NCBI GenBank assembly: GCA_032123435.1
Contig: JAQBFJ010000164.1
Span: 1-62,270, forward strand
Reading direction: 5' to 3'
Length of the DNA stretch: 62,270 nt
DNA from: Verrucomicrobiota bacterium
GTDB taxonomy: Bacteria > Verrucomicrobiota > Kiritimatiellia > UBA8416 > JAQBFJ01
Shown here: positions 29,446-37,811 of the stretch, piece by piece
How positions within the stretch are numbered: position 1 is the first letter of the stretch
Layout: each line of letters starts with the position of its first letter
Notes under the pieces: generated by a model
Told to the model about the DNA's origin: nothing
The model's database searches: none
Seen by the model: only the letters and a program-made list of their open reading frames with translations
Made by a program: the position numbers and the translations under genes

Positions 29446-30972
29446 ATGCATAGACAGTTCAAATTCAAATACGCAAGTGAACTTGCAGGAACGTTTGTTA
29501 TTCTGGCAACAGTTATACTGCTAACCGGATTTTTTCTGGCCGGCCGCGCACAGGGATGGCTGGAAGGTAAGTTCACGTTGTATATCACATTCAACACCGA
29601 AGAAGGTTCATTCGGACTTCAGGAAGGCAACGAAGTCCGAATTATGAACACGCTTGCAGGACGAGTTGGCCAAATAACCCCTACCGAGGACGGATCCATT
29701 GCCACCACGCTTGTCATTCAAAACAGATTCAAGCAGTTTGTATCCAAGAATTCCACAGCTAAGGTCAGGAAGAAATTCGGCGTAGCAGGAGATTCCTACA
29801 TTGACATTGAAATGGGCAATGGTGATCTGATAGCGGATGGCGATCCGATTATATGCAGTAAAGATGAAGAGATCATGGAAACAGCACAACGGGCCCTGAA
29901 AAATATCCAGGATGTCGTATTGCCCATGCTGGAAAACGTACAACAAATTCTCGATCATGTTAACGGAATCACCGCAAGTGTTGAACAGGGCAAGGGTATT
30001 GCCGGAACAGTGCTGAACGACAGGGAAATGGCCAATGACGTTCAACAGGCTATAAATAAGATCAATATGCTTTTGACGGAATCAACGGAAACATTCGAAG
30101 AGACCACAAGGCTTGTCAAAGGATTCCAGAAAAGCTGGCTTGTACGTAAACACATAGAAACTGAAGATGATGATGAATTCCTCATGCCGCTCGGATTCAA
30201 TGCCGCAGAAATGCGAGAACGGAAAGATATTTACGAAAAGAAACTCAATCTTGCCCGTGCCGCCGATGATTCCGCGGAAATAACACGCAACGCTTATAAC
30301 CTGGCCGTCTGTCTACTCGCGGAAGGAAATATTCGTTACGTAAAAGAACTGATCCCGGAAATGCGCGCCGAATCAGAATCAAATGAGCAAAAAGTAAGAA
30401 TAATGCTTTTGGAGTCCGAACTCGCACGAATTGACAGAAAAACAGAACATGCGCTTGATCTCGCACAGGCGGCTTTTGATATGATCGGTAAATCCGATAG
30501 AAATCTGACAATCCAGTGTCGCCTTATGATTGCCAGCCTGCATTGTGATCTAAACAAGAAGGAAGAAGCATCAGCGCAGTTAAAGAAAGTTCAATCGTCC
30601 ATCAAAAAAACGAATACCTCATTACAGGCATTCAGCGCGCATCTGACTGGACGTTTGTTCCTGATCGAAAATAAGCCCGACTCGGCAGCCGCTCAGTTCG
30701 ACATGGAAGCCGAAATACACAGGGGTTCGGGATCATATTATCACATGGCTGAAGCATTAGTATGCGCGGCCAGCGTTTATGATAACATGAAGAAACATGA
30801 TCTTGCCGCAGACCGTTATTTCAGAGCAGGCCGAAGCCTGGCTGCTGGCGACTATGTTGATCCAGCACATAAGGCGCTGGCGCTTGCGCTATCATCTGCA
30901 GAAAAGACAGATGACAATCAGGACCTTGTGGATCAAATCAGAACTCTTATCGCACGGCTTGAAACGCGGTAA
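29446..30972 (+). CDS. MlaD/MCE domain protein with long helical, TPR-like C-terminal extension
   Basis: GAGGAG Shine-Dalgarno. N-terminal TM anchor, an MCE fold region (FGLQEGNEVRIMNTLAGRVGQITPTEDGS...VRKKFGVAGDSYIDIEMG), then ~350 aa of helical repeats. Confidence 0.75.
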   Translation: MHRQFKFKYASELAGTFVILATVILLTGFFLAGRAQGWLEGKFTLYITFNTEEGSFGLQEGNEVRIMNTLAGRVGQITPTEDGSIATTLVIQNRFKQFVSKNSTAKVRKKFGVAGDSYIDIEMGNGDLIADGDPIICSKDEEIMETAQRALKNIQDVVLPMLENVQQILDHVNGITASVEQGKGIAGTVLNDREMANDVQQAINKINMLLTESTETFEETTRLVKGFQKSWLVRKHIETEDDDEFLMPLGFNAAEMRERKDIYEKKLNLARAADDSAEITRNAYNLAVCLLAEGNIRYVKELIPEMRAESESNEQKVRIMLLESELARIDRKTEHALDLAQAAFDMIGKSDRNLTIQCRLMIASLHCDLNKKEEASAQLKKVQSSIKKTNTSLQAFSAHLTGRLFLIENKPDSAAAQFDMEAEIHRGSGSYYHMAEALVCAASVYDNMKKHDLAADRYFRAGRSLAAGDYVDPAHKALALALSSAEKTDDNQDLVDQIRTLIARLETR

Positions 30973-30994
30973 TATCAAAGACAGGACAAATTCT

Positions 30995-33136
30995 TTATTT
31001 TTCCGTCATTACCCAAACCCCGTCCCATATGCCCGGTGGGTTTTCGATCAGGTTTCTGCATTTTCTAACGTAAGCAGCGGCCGGCGCGTCACTATCGGCT
31101 ATCGTTGCGAACAAGTCTAACGCCAGCCCGAATTCCCCCTTGTAGTACATCTGCAATGCTTCGGCGAATGTTTTAAAGATCTCGTCTCGTGCCAAGAGAT
31201 CATCCTCAAACATCGGCTCAAACACTTTAACAGGTTCTTTGCGGCCAACCACGCGCACTTTGGACAATTCCCTTGTCTTCAGCTTGTCGCCCATCCGTTC
31301 ACGTGTATTTTCCGAAATCATCATGTACGTTCCGAACTGTTTGTTTATTCCTTCAAGTCGCGACGCGAGATTACCGGCGTCTCCCAGGAAAGTGTAATCG
31401 AAACGCTGATGGGACCCCATATTCCCCACAACCACCAGTCCTGTATTGACACCTACCCGCATGAAAAGATCCTTGCCGACGCGTTCCCTGAATGAAGGTC
31501 TCAATTCCGCCAGTTTCCTGCCGCATCTCAACCCGGCTCTTACAGCGCATTCAGCATGGTCATTTACATCAAGCGGCGCGTTCCAAAACGCTATAATGGC
31601 GTCCCCTTCATATTTATCCACTGTTCCGCCTTCATCGAGAATGATATCGGTCATGGCGGTAAGATAATCATTCAGCAAGGCAGTAAGCTCCTGCGGATTC
31701 AAACCTTCAGAAATGCCGGTAAACCCCTGCAAGTCGGAGAACAGGATGCTAAGCTCACGAGATTCGCCACCAAGCTTGAGCCTGCCGGGATCATGAAGCA
31801 GTTTGTCAATAACAGCAGGGCTGAGATACTGCTTGAAGGCATTCTTTATGAATCGTTTCTTTTTGCCTTCGACAGAATAGTTTACAATAACCGCAGAAAC
31901 CAGGGCGATCGCCACTGCCACGTTCAACACAGCCATCTGCAGCCAATAACCCCAAAAGTATGCTGCAAGCCCAAGAAGCACAGGAAGTAAAAGCATGCCA
32001 ATAAAAGTCCAGACAACTTGTTTCGAATTGACGCAAGCTCGCCCGATAATTCCGGAAGCCAGTGCGAACAGAACAGCACATATTATCGTCATCATCGTAC
32101 CAGTATCCCGAATAAAATCATTGGAGAGCAAGTTGTCCAGTACTGTCGCGTGTATTTCCACGCCAGGCTGACGCCTGTTTACCGGTGTTGATTTCAAATC
32201 CACAAGACCTGGAGCGCTGAATCCAAGAAAAACATAGGTGTCCCTGAAAAACTCGGGGTCACAGGCAGGTTGGCCACCCTCCATCAAACGCAATTCAGAT
32301 TGAATAACGGCGGCGGCATTTACTTGTTCGTATACTTTATTGTTATCTTGTCCTTCAGGCCTGCGGCGAAAACGCAATATTGTCTTCCCATGCTCATCAA
32401 GCGGAATATCCCTGTCACCCACATGAAGGATATTGTTTTCCATCTGAATTTCAGCCAGTGGATCATGCGCGACATATCCCGCCAATCCGAGTATGGGCAC
32501 AACGCGTCCGTCAAAAACGCAGAACGGCGCGATTCTGCGAATCGTGGCATCAGCATCGGACACGGCATAAACATTTCCAAGCATATCACAATTATCGGCC
32601 ACCTCGCTGATTGGAAAGGCCGCACGCGGCATGACAAGTTCCGTGCCGCGCATTCCAGCCAGATATTGGGCAAGCCCTTTCGCTTCAGGTGTTTTGGCGT
32701 CAAGTCCGACAGGCCATGCTTTGTCACTGCCTTGTTCATTGCTCAGAAAAACGGTTGCCACAAAACCGGTAACGCCTCCGATCGCAGTGCCGAGAATTTC
32801 ATCCTCTTCAATTCTTTCCGATGGTTCAGTGAACAACACATCGAAAATAATTGCTTTTGCGCCCGCGCGTTTACAGAAATTAATGATCGGTTCATAAACA
32901 ATACGGGGCCACGGCCACGCCCATTTCATTTCGGATTCGCCCCAATCCAGACTGGTTTGATCGAGAAGAATAATGCGTATTTGATCCGCCGCAGGACTCG
33001 GGCGGCACATTATTCGAACACGCATATCCCAGAGCGGCCCTTCAAGCCAGCCGAGCAGACCCGTGAATTGTAAAGACAGTGCAACACACGATGAGGCTAT
33101 ACCAATAATAATTCCATGTATGATCTTTTTGGACAT
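30995..33136 (-). CDS. CHASE2 sensor domain-containing class III adenylate/guanylate cyclase
   Basis: N-terminal TM helix plus periplasmic CHASE2 region, three further TM helices, and a cyclase catalytic domain (ELSILFSDLQGFTGISE, KYEGDAIIAFWNAP, VGVNTGLVVVGNMGS, YTFLGDAGNLASRLE). Confidence 0.9.
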   Translation of the reverse strand: MSKKIIHGIIIGIASSCVALSLQFTGLLGWLEGPLWDMRVRIMCRPSPAADQIRIILLDQTSLDWGESEMKWAWPWPRIVYEPIINFCKRAGAKAIIFDVLFTEPSERIEEDEILGTAIGGVTGFVATVFLSNEQGSDKAWPVGLDAKTPEAKGLAQYLAGMRGTELVMPRAAFPISEVADNCDMLGNVYAVSDADATIRRIAPFCVFDGRVVPILGLAGYVAHDPLAEIQMENNILHVGDRDIPLDEHGKTILRFRRRPEGQDNNKVYEQVNAAAVIQSELRLMEGGQPACDPEFFRDTYVFLGFSAPGLVDLKSTPVNRRQPGVEIHATVLDNLLSNDFIRDTGTMMTIICAVLFALASGIIGRACVNSKQVVWTFIGMLLLPVLLGLAAYFWGYWLQMAVLNVAVAIALVSAVIVNYSVEGKKKRFIKNAFKQYLSPAVIDKLLHDPGRLKLGGESRELSILFSDLQGFTGISEGLNPQELTALLNDYLTAMTDIILDEGGTVDKYEGDAIIAFWNAPLDVNDHAECAVRAGLRCGRKLAELRPSFRERVGKDLFMRVGVNTGLVVVGNMGSHQRFDYTFLGDAGNLASRLEGINKQFGTYMMISENTRERMGDKLKTRELSKVRVVGRKEPVKVFEPMFEDDLLARDEIFKTFAEALQMYYKGEFGLALDLFATIADSDAPAAAYVRKCRNLIENPPGIWDGVWVMTEK

Positions 33137-33141
33137 GAGGA

Positions 33142-34050
33142 CTATATGGAACCTATTGCCTTTTCGAATCTTGCTTTCCGGGCGGCAACGGATTGAACCG
33201 GTCCAACTTTTATCAACGAAGGTTCAATATCCGCCACCCGATCCATGGGATCAGGATGAGTTTTAGCGAACCCTTTCTGATCTGAACTTGAATGTTTAGC
33301 CATTTCTAAAAGCATATTCTTCAAGCCGTTGGGATTATAACCTACCCGGCTCATGATTGTTATCGCTGTTTTATCGGCTTCTTTCTCAAGTTTTCTTGCG
33401 TAGCCGCTGTTGACCAGTGTTGAAGAAATATCGTTAATTGTGCCTTCAAATGCCGTGGTCAATTCAGACACCTGGTCCGGCCCGAAAGTCTTCGCGCCTT
33501 CCGCCAGAACAACAGTAGCCGCGGAGGTCAGCCGGCTTTTCTTTATTGCCTGCAACCCGTGCAGGTGCTGAACATGTCCTATTTCATGGGCCAATACCGC
33601 GGCCAGCGCATCCTCATTTTTACAGCACCGCAAGAGACCGCGTGAGACAAGAATGAAGCCGCCCGGTGTCGCGAACGCGTTGATCTCATCTGTGTCCATG
33701 ACCAGGAAATGGTAACCGCCGAAAGTTTCGGGTTTATCCGAAGCCGCGGCAAGAACCTGCCCCACGAGATTCAGGTATTGATTGGCCTCTTTTTTGTCGC
33801 AGGCCTCATATGTTTTAAGAATAGTGGCGGCAACCGCGCGTCCGATAAAATATTCCTGTTCCGGCGTTATCTTGTCAAACGTTTTGCCGACAGCGGACAC
33901 GCTTTTATTCATCGATTCTGCTTCCTGGGCAGATATTGTTCCAGTAGCAACGCCAACAGTAGTGCCAATACGTGTTATCGTATCAAGCGTTTTACAGCCT
34001 GAAATTAAAATCAAAAAAGCTGAGAATATCGCGGGAGTGGCCTTTCTCAT
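33142..34050 (-). CDS. M48 family zinc metallopeptidase lipoprotein
   Basis: Lipobox LISGC, zinc motif LAHEIGHVQHLH, and THPDPMDR near the C-terminus. Confidence 0.85.
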   Translation of the reverse strand: MRKATPAIFSAFLILISGCKTLDTITRIGTTVGVATGTISAQEAESMNKSVSAVGKTFDKITPEQEYFIGRAVAATILKTYEACDKKEANQYLNLVGQVLAAASDKPETFGGYHFLVMDTDEINAFATPGGFILVSRGLLRCCKNEDALAAVLAHEIGHVQHLHGLQAIKKSRLTSAATVVLAEGAKTFGPDQVSELTTAFEGTINDISSTLVNSGYARKLEKEADKTAITIMSRVGYNPNGLKNMLLEMAKHSSSDQKGFAKTHPDPMDRVADIEPSLIKVGPVQSVAARKARFEKAIGSI

Positions 34051-34538
34051 CGCGCACCTCCTTCCTGTACGACAATATTTCCTTCTTTCAGGAATGCCTT
34101 CATTTCCTCGCGGGACACGACCATTTTCTCCATTTTATCGACCCATGTGAAATCAATGTCCTTATTCTGCGTTTTGAACTGGGCCTCCACATCGGAATTG
34201 AAACCTTTACCCGCCAACGCGAGCTCGCCGCTTGATGCCGCCAATTCCACATCCTTTTCACCCGCTTTCATGACAATTTTCTTCTTAGTCAACGCGGAAA
34301 CATGTATCCAGCCCGAAACACCTGATCCGGGCACGGTCACTTTTGACCATTGCCCTTTCTCTTCGACAACAGCGAATCGATCAGCATATTTCACGGAAGT
34401 GACAATCTTCCCCAGAAAAGACGGTTCCGCGCGCAAATATCCGTCCCGAACCTGCAGGCTCATCATTTTTTCGGCAGCCAGTAATGTTGCGGCCACGGAA
34501 AATGTTAATAAAATAACCAGACACATTTTTTGCTTCAT
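34047..34538 (-). CDS. Secreted bacterial SH3 domain-containing protein
   Basis: Signal peptide MKQKMCLVILLTFSVAATLLA. SH3b-like LRAEPSFLGKIVTSVKYADRFAVVEEKGQWSKVTVPGSGVSGWIHVSAL. 4-bp overlap with the M48 gene. Start taken at the ATG 7 nt after GAGGGG (an alternative is at 34553). Confidence 0.6.
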   Translation of the reverse strand: MKQKMCLVILLTFSVAATLLAAEKMMSLQVRDGYLRAEPSFLGKIVTSVKYADRFAVVEEKGQWSKVTVPGSGVSGWIHVSALTKKKIVMKAGEKDVELAASSGELALAGKGFNSDVEAQFKTQNKDIDFTWVDKMEKMVVSREEMKAFLKEGNIVVQEGGAR

Positions 34539-34670
34539 ATGTTTTCCCCTCATTTAACTTGTAATTTTTGTTCCAAATTTGCCCTGCGGGGACAATTAAT
34601 CGTTGTTTCGTCAATCCTTGCAGAATATTGGTCATTGAATCTCATGTCCAGTCTCCCATCAGGAACGGTG

Positions 34671-34710
34671 TTCAAGAAATCTGAATAATATTTTATTCAG
34701 ATTTCTTGAA
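34671..34710. promoter_or_regulatory. Near-perfect 40-bp palindrome (18-bp arms, 4-nt centre) between argS and the SH3-M48-cyclase operon
   Basis: TTCAAGAAATCTGAATAA-TATT-TTATTCAGATTTCTTGAA read directly, extendable by a flanking G/C pair. No flanking T-run, so it could be an operator or an atypical terminator. Confidence 0.4.
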
Positions 34711-34795
34711 CCATCTTGTCTTATCTTAATCCTTGTTCATCCTGTTATCCTGTCGACTTTTTCACTTTCAGTTGGACGTTCCTTCCAGTCTACAA

Positions 34796-36541
34796 TTAAA
34801 TCCTTTCCGGTGTTTCAATGCCCAGCAGATTCAGGCCCTTGCGAAGAACTGCCGCAATCATGCCGCACAATCGCACGCGGCTTTCCCGAACTCCTTCTTC
34901 AGCCTTCAAAAATGGAACATTCTGATAAAAATTACTGTAAGCCTGGGCCAGGTCATACAGATAATCCGTCAATATGCTCGGCTTGAAAGCGTGTGCCGAT
35001 CGCACAACAATTTCGGGGAACCGCGCCAATTTCAATGCGAGAGAGCGTTCCACAGGTTCTGATAATTTAAGTTCACAGACATTAAGGTCAACATCGGGAA
35101 AGCGTTCGCGATATTTATCACGCACGCTGGCAATTCGCGCGTACGCGTATTGCAGATAAGGTCCGGAATTCCCTTCCAGCGACAGCGCTTTATCCCAAGT
35201 GAATGTAACCAGGCTTTGCGGGTTCTGACTCAGGTCCGCGTACTTCACCGCTCCAATTCCTACGGCGCGCGCGACCTCATTCTGCTGTTCCGGGTCAAGC
35301 CCTTTACTGGATTCACGCACAATATCCAGCGCACGCTTCTCCGCCTCATCAAGCAAACATTCCAGTTTTATGACATTACCTTCTCTCGTCGAAAAAGTGG
35401 CTTCCGGCAGACGCATCAACCCAAACCATACATGATCGAGCTGTGTCGCACAGCCAAGCCTGCGTGCGATCGTGAAAATCTGCTGGAAATGGAGTTGTTG
35501 ACGTTCATCTGTAATGTAAATGATCCTGTCAGGATTGAATTCTTTGACCCGACTGATGATCGTGGCTATATCCGTTGTCGCGTAATTATATCCGCCATCG
35601 CTTTTTCGCACTATACATACCGGTAGTTTTTCTTCTTCGAGAAATACTACTGTCGCGCCTTCGCTCTCCCCTGCAATACCTTTTCCCTCAAGCAGTTTGA
35701 CGGTATCGGCCAGCATGTCCTGGTAGTAACTTTCACCGCGCACGAGGTCAAACGAAACGCCAAGCCGCTTATAAACACGATCAAGTTCTTTCCTGCTCAA
35801 ATCCATGAACTCATGCCATAAAGCAAGGTTGTCCGGGTCGCCAGACTGCAGTTTCACCAGCTCCGCGCGCGACTGTTCAAGCCAGTTGTTATCTTCCTGT
35901 GATTTCTTGTAGCTTTCCACATATACACGCTCAAGTTCTTGCAACGGTGATTCTGTCATGGCGTTACGGTCGCCGAAATTACGATATCCCATTATTGTAA
36001 TGCCGAATTGTGTTCCCCAATCTCCGAGATGATTATCGGCAATTACCTTGTAACCCAGAAACCGAAACAGACGATCCAGAACACTTCCGATGTTATGAGA
36101 ACGCAGATGTCCGATATGTAAAGGCTTGGTCACATTCGGCGAACCATAGTCCATTACCACCGTCTTGTTCCGACCGTGCATAGGAACGCCAAGCCTATCG
36201 TCACCATTAAAAACCTGCTCAATGTACCTACCCAGCCAATCTGTTTTTATGCGCAGATTTATGAACCCGCCCCCTGCAACATCCATAAAATCAAGAAACT
36301 CCGGTTGATCCGCGTTCTTGATTACATCTTGCGCAATATCGCGCGGCGCCTTTCTCATGGTCCTGGATAGAGACATACAGTCGTTACACTGGAAATCACC
36401 GAATTCCGGGTTAGCTGTGTCAACCACAGCAATGCTTGAAAAGTCATATTCACTGTCAGGATAAGCCTGTCTGAAAACGTAACTCATCCATTCGGACAGC
36501 ATATCCGTCAGAAGAACATATTCCTTTTTATCTTTATTCAT
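34796..36541 (-). CDS. argS: Arginine--tRNA ligase
   Basis: Class I HIGH motif (NVTKPLHIGHLRS), the KMSTR-equivalent region, and a C-terminal DALR anticodon-binding domain (LAQAYSNFYQNVPFLK...RVRLC). ATG at 36541 is preceded by GAGG; the track start at 36559 is a TTG. Confidence 0.95.
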   Translation of the reverse strand: MNKDKKEYVLLTDMLSEWMSYVFRQAYPDSEYDFSSIAVVDTANPEFGDFQCNDCMSLSRTMRKAPRDIAQDVIKNADQPEFLDFMDVAGGGFINLRIKTDWLGRYIEQVFNGDDRLGVPMHGRNKTVVMDYGSPNVTKPLHIGHLRSHNIGSVLDRLFRFLGYKVIADNHLGDWGTQFGITIMGYRNFGDRNAMTESPLQELERVYVESYKKSQEDNNWLEQSRAELVKLQSGDPDNLALWHEFMDLSRKELDRVYKRLGVSFDLVRGESYYQDMLADTVKLLEGKGIAGESEGATVVFLEEEKLPVCIVRKSDGGYNYATTDIATIISRVKEFNPDRIIYITDERQQLHFQQIFTIARRLGCATQLDHVWFGLMRLPEATFSTREGNVIKLECLLDEAEKRALDIVRESSKGLDPEQQNEVARAVGIGAVKYADLSQNPQSLVTFTWDKALSLEGNSGPYLQYAYARIASVRDKYRERFPDVDLNVCELKLSEPVERSLALKLARFPEIVVRSAHAFKPSILTDYLYDLAQAYSNFYQNVPFLKAEEGVRESRVRLCGMIAAVLRKGLNLLGIETPERI

Positions 36542-36855
36542 GCCCTGCCTCGCCAACAACCCTTTAATAAACTGCTGAAACAGTGATCCTGCGATACGCC
36601 ATCGTGCTTGTCAAGACGAACGCCATGCCCGATTTGCAGGAGAACAGTAAAAAAAAGTTGAATTATGATTACAAATTGCTTTATTTTTCCTGAAAATAAG
36701 TGTTATGCTGATAAATATGTTGCATGAAGAATCGTTTTAACATCCCATCCGGGCGTCAACGTCTTGGTGACTGCGGCGTGGTGTTTTTGTTTTGGAAGCT
36801 ACTACGGATGGATACGAGCTGTTTACATACAACGAAAAGAAGAGGATAAGTGCTT

Positions 36856-37794
36856 ATGGATGATGTAGCCAAAACAATGCGAATAAATCTCCTGCAGGAT
36901 GCGCCAGCTGCTTCCTCACCAAAAATCAAACCCAAAACACAAATGCTGAACAGCATGCATCTCGGCACGAAAAGCAAAACACCCGAAGCCGTAATAAGAT
37001 CAACGTATCATGATTTCCTGCAGTACCTGTATGACGCCGTCCTGGTAACCGGCCCGACAGGCAAGATTGTTGATTTCAATGAACGATCTTCAAAACTTTT
37101 CCAGTACGAAAAGAATGAATTTACGACGCTCCATGTATCCAACGTCATCTCCGGCGCAAACGATTCACTGTTAAACACGCTTTGTTCGGATCTGGAAGAA
37201 AAACGTTTTACTGTTTTGCAGGCTTATTGCATTCGCAAAGACGGCTCATATTTTCCAGCCGAAATAGCTGTTAACAACCTCAAGCTCGGCACCATGCAGT
37301 TAAGTTTCTTTGTCCGCGACATTACAATCCGCAAACACGCTGAAGAAACACTGAAAACCGAACATAACGCGCTCCAGAACGCATGGAGCGGCATCGCAAT
37401 ATTGAATATGAAAAACAATATCGTCTACGCTAATCCGGCGTTCGCAAGAATTATGGGTTACCAGCTGCAGGAAGTCCTTACAGGTAAAAACATAACCGAA
37501 CTGGTGGAAGACAAGAACGCACTTAAGCAGTTGATTGAAACATCGCTTTCAGATCCACAAACATGGTCAATCGAAACATACGCAATCAAAAATGATAATA
37601 CCAAAGTTGCAATACAGATATTTGCCACCTGTAATCTTGACACGGAAAACACGCCCACGGGAGTGGTGTTATCATGCGCGAATATTACCGAGAGAAAACA
37701 ACTGGAGTTCGAACTGGAAAAGGTAAAAAAGGAATTGGCTAAACAAAACGGTCAACAACCAGTCGAAAGCAATGAAGCCAATAATCGAGCTTAA
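36856..37794 (+). CDS. Tandem PAS domain protein without output domain
   Basis: Two PAS-like blocks (FLQYLYDAVLVTGPTGKIVDFNERSSKLFQY...YCIRKDGSYFPAEI...FVRDITIRKHAEE and AILNMKNNIVYANPAFARIMGY...ANITERKQLE). No kinase, GGDEF or HTH domain follows. Confidence 0.8.
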   Translation: MDDVAKTMRINLLQDAPAASSPKIKPKTQMLNSMHLGTKSKTPEAVIRSTYHDFLQYLYDAVLVTGPTGKIVDFNERSSKLFQYEKNEFTTLHVSNVISGANDSLLNTLCSDLEEKRFTVLQAYCIRKDGSYFPAEIAVNNLKLGTMQLSFFVRDITIRKHAEETLKTEHNALQNAWSGIAILNMKNNIVYANPAFARIMGYQLQEVLTGKNITELVEDKNALKQLIETSLSDPQTWSIETYAIKNDNTKVAIQIFATCNLDTENTPTGVVLSCANITERKQLEFELEKVKKELAKQNGQQPVESNEANNRA

Positions 37795-37811
37795 CAAATG
37801 AGGCTTTTGCA

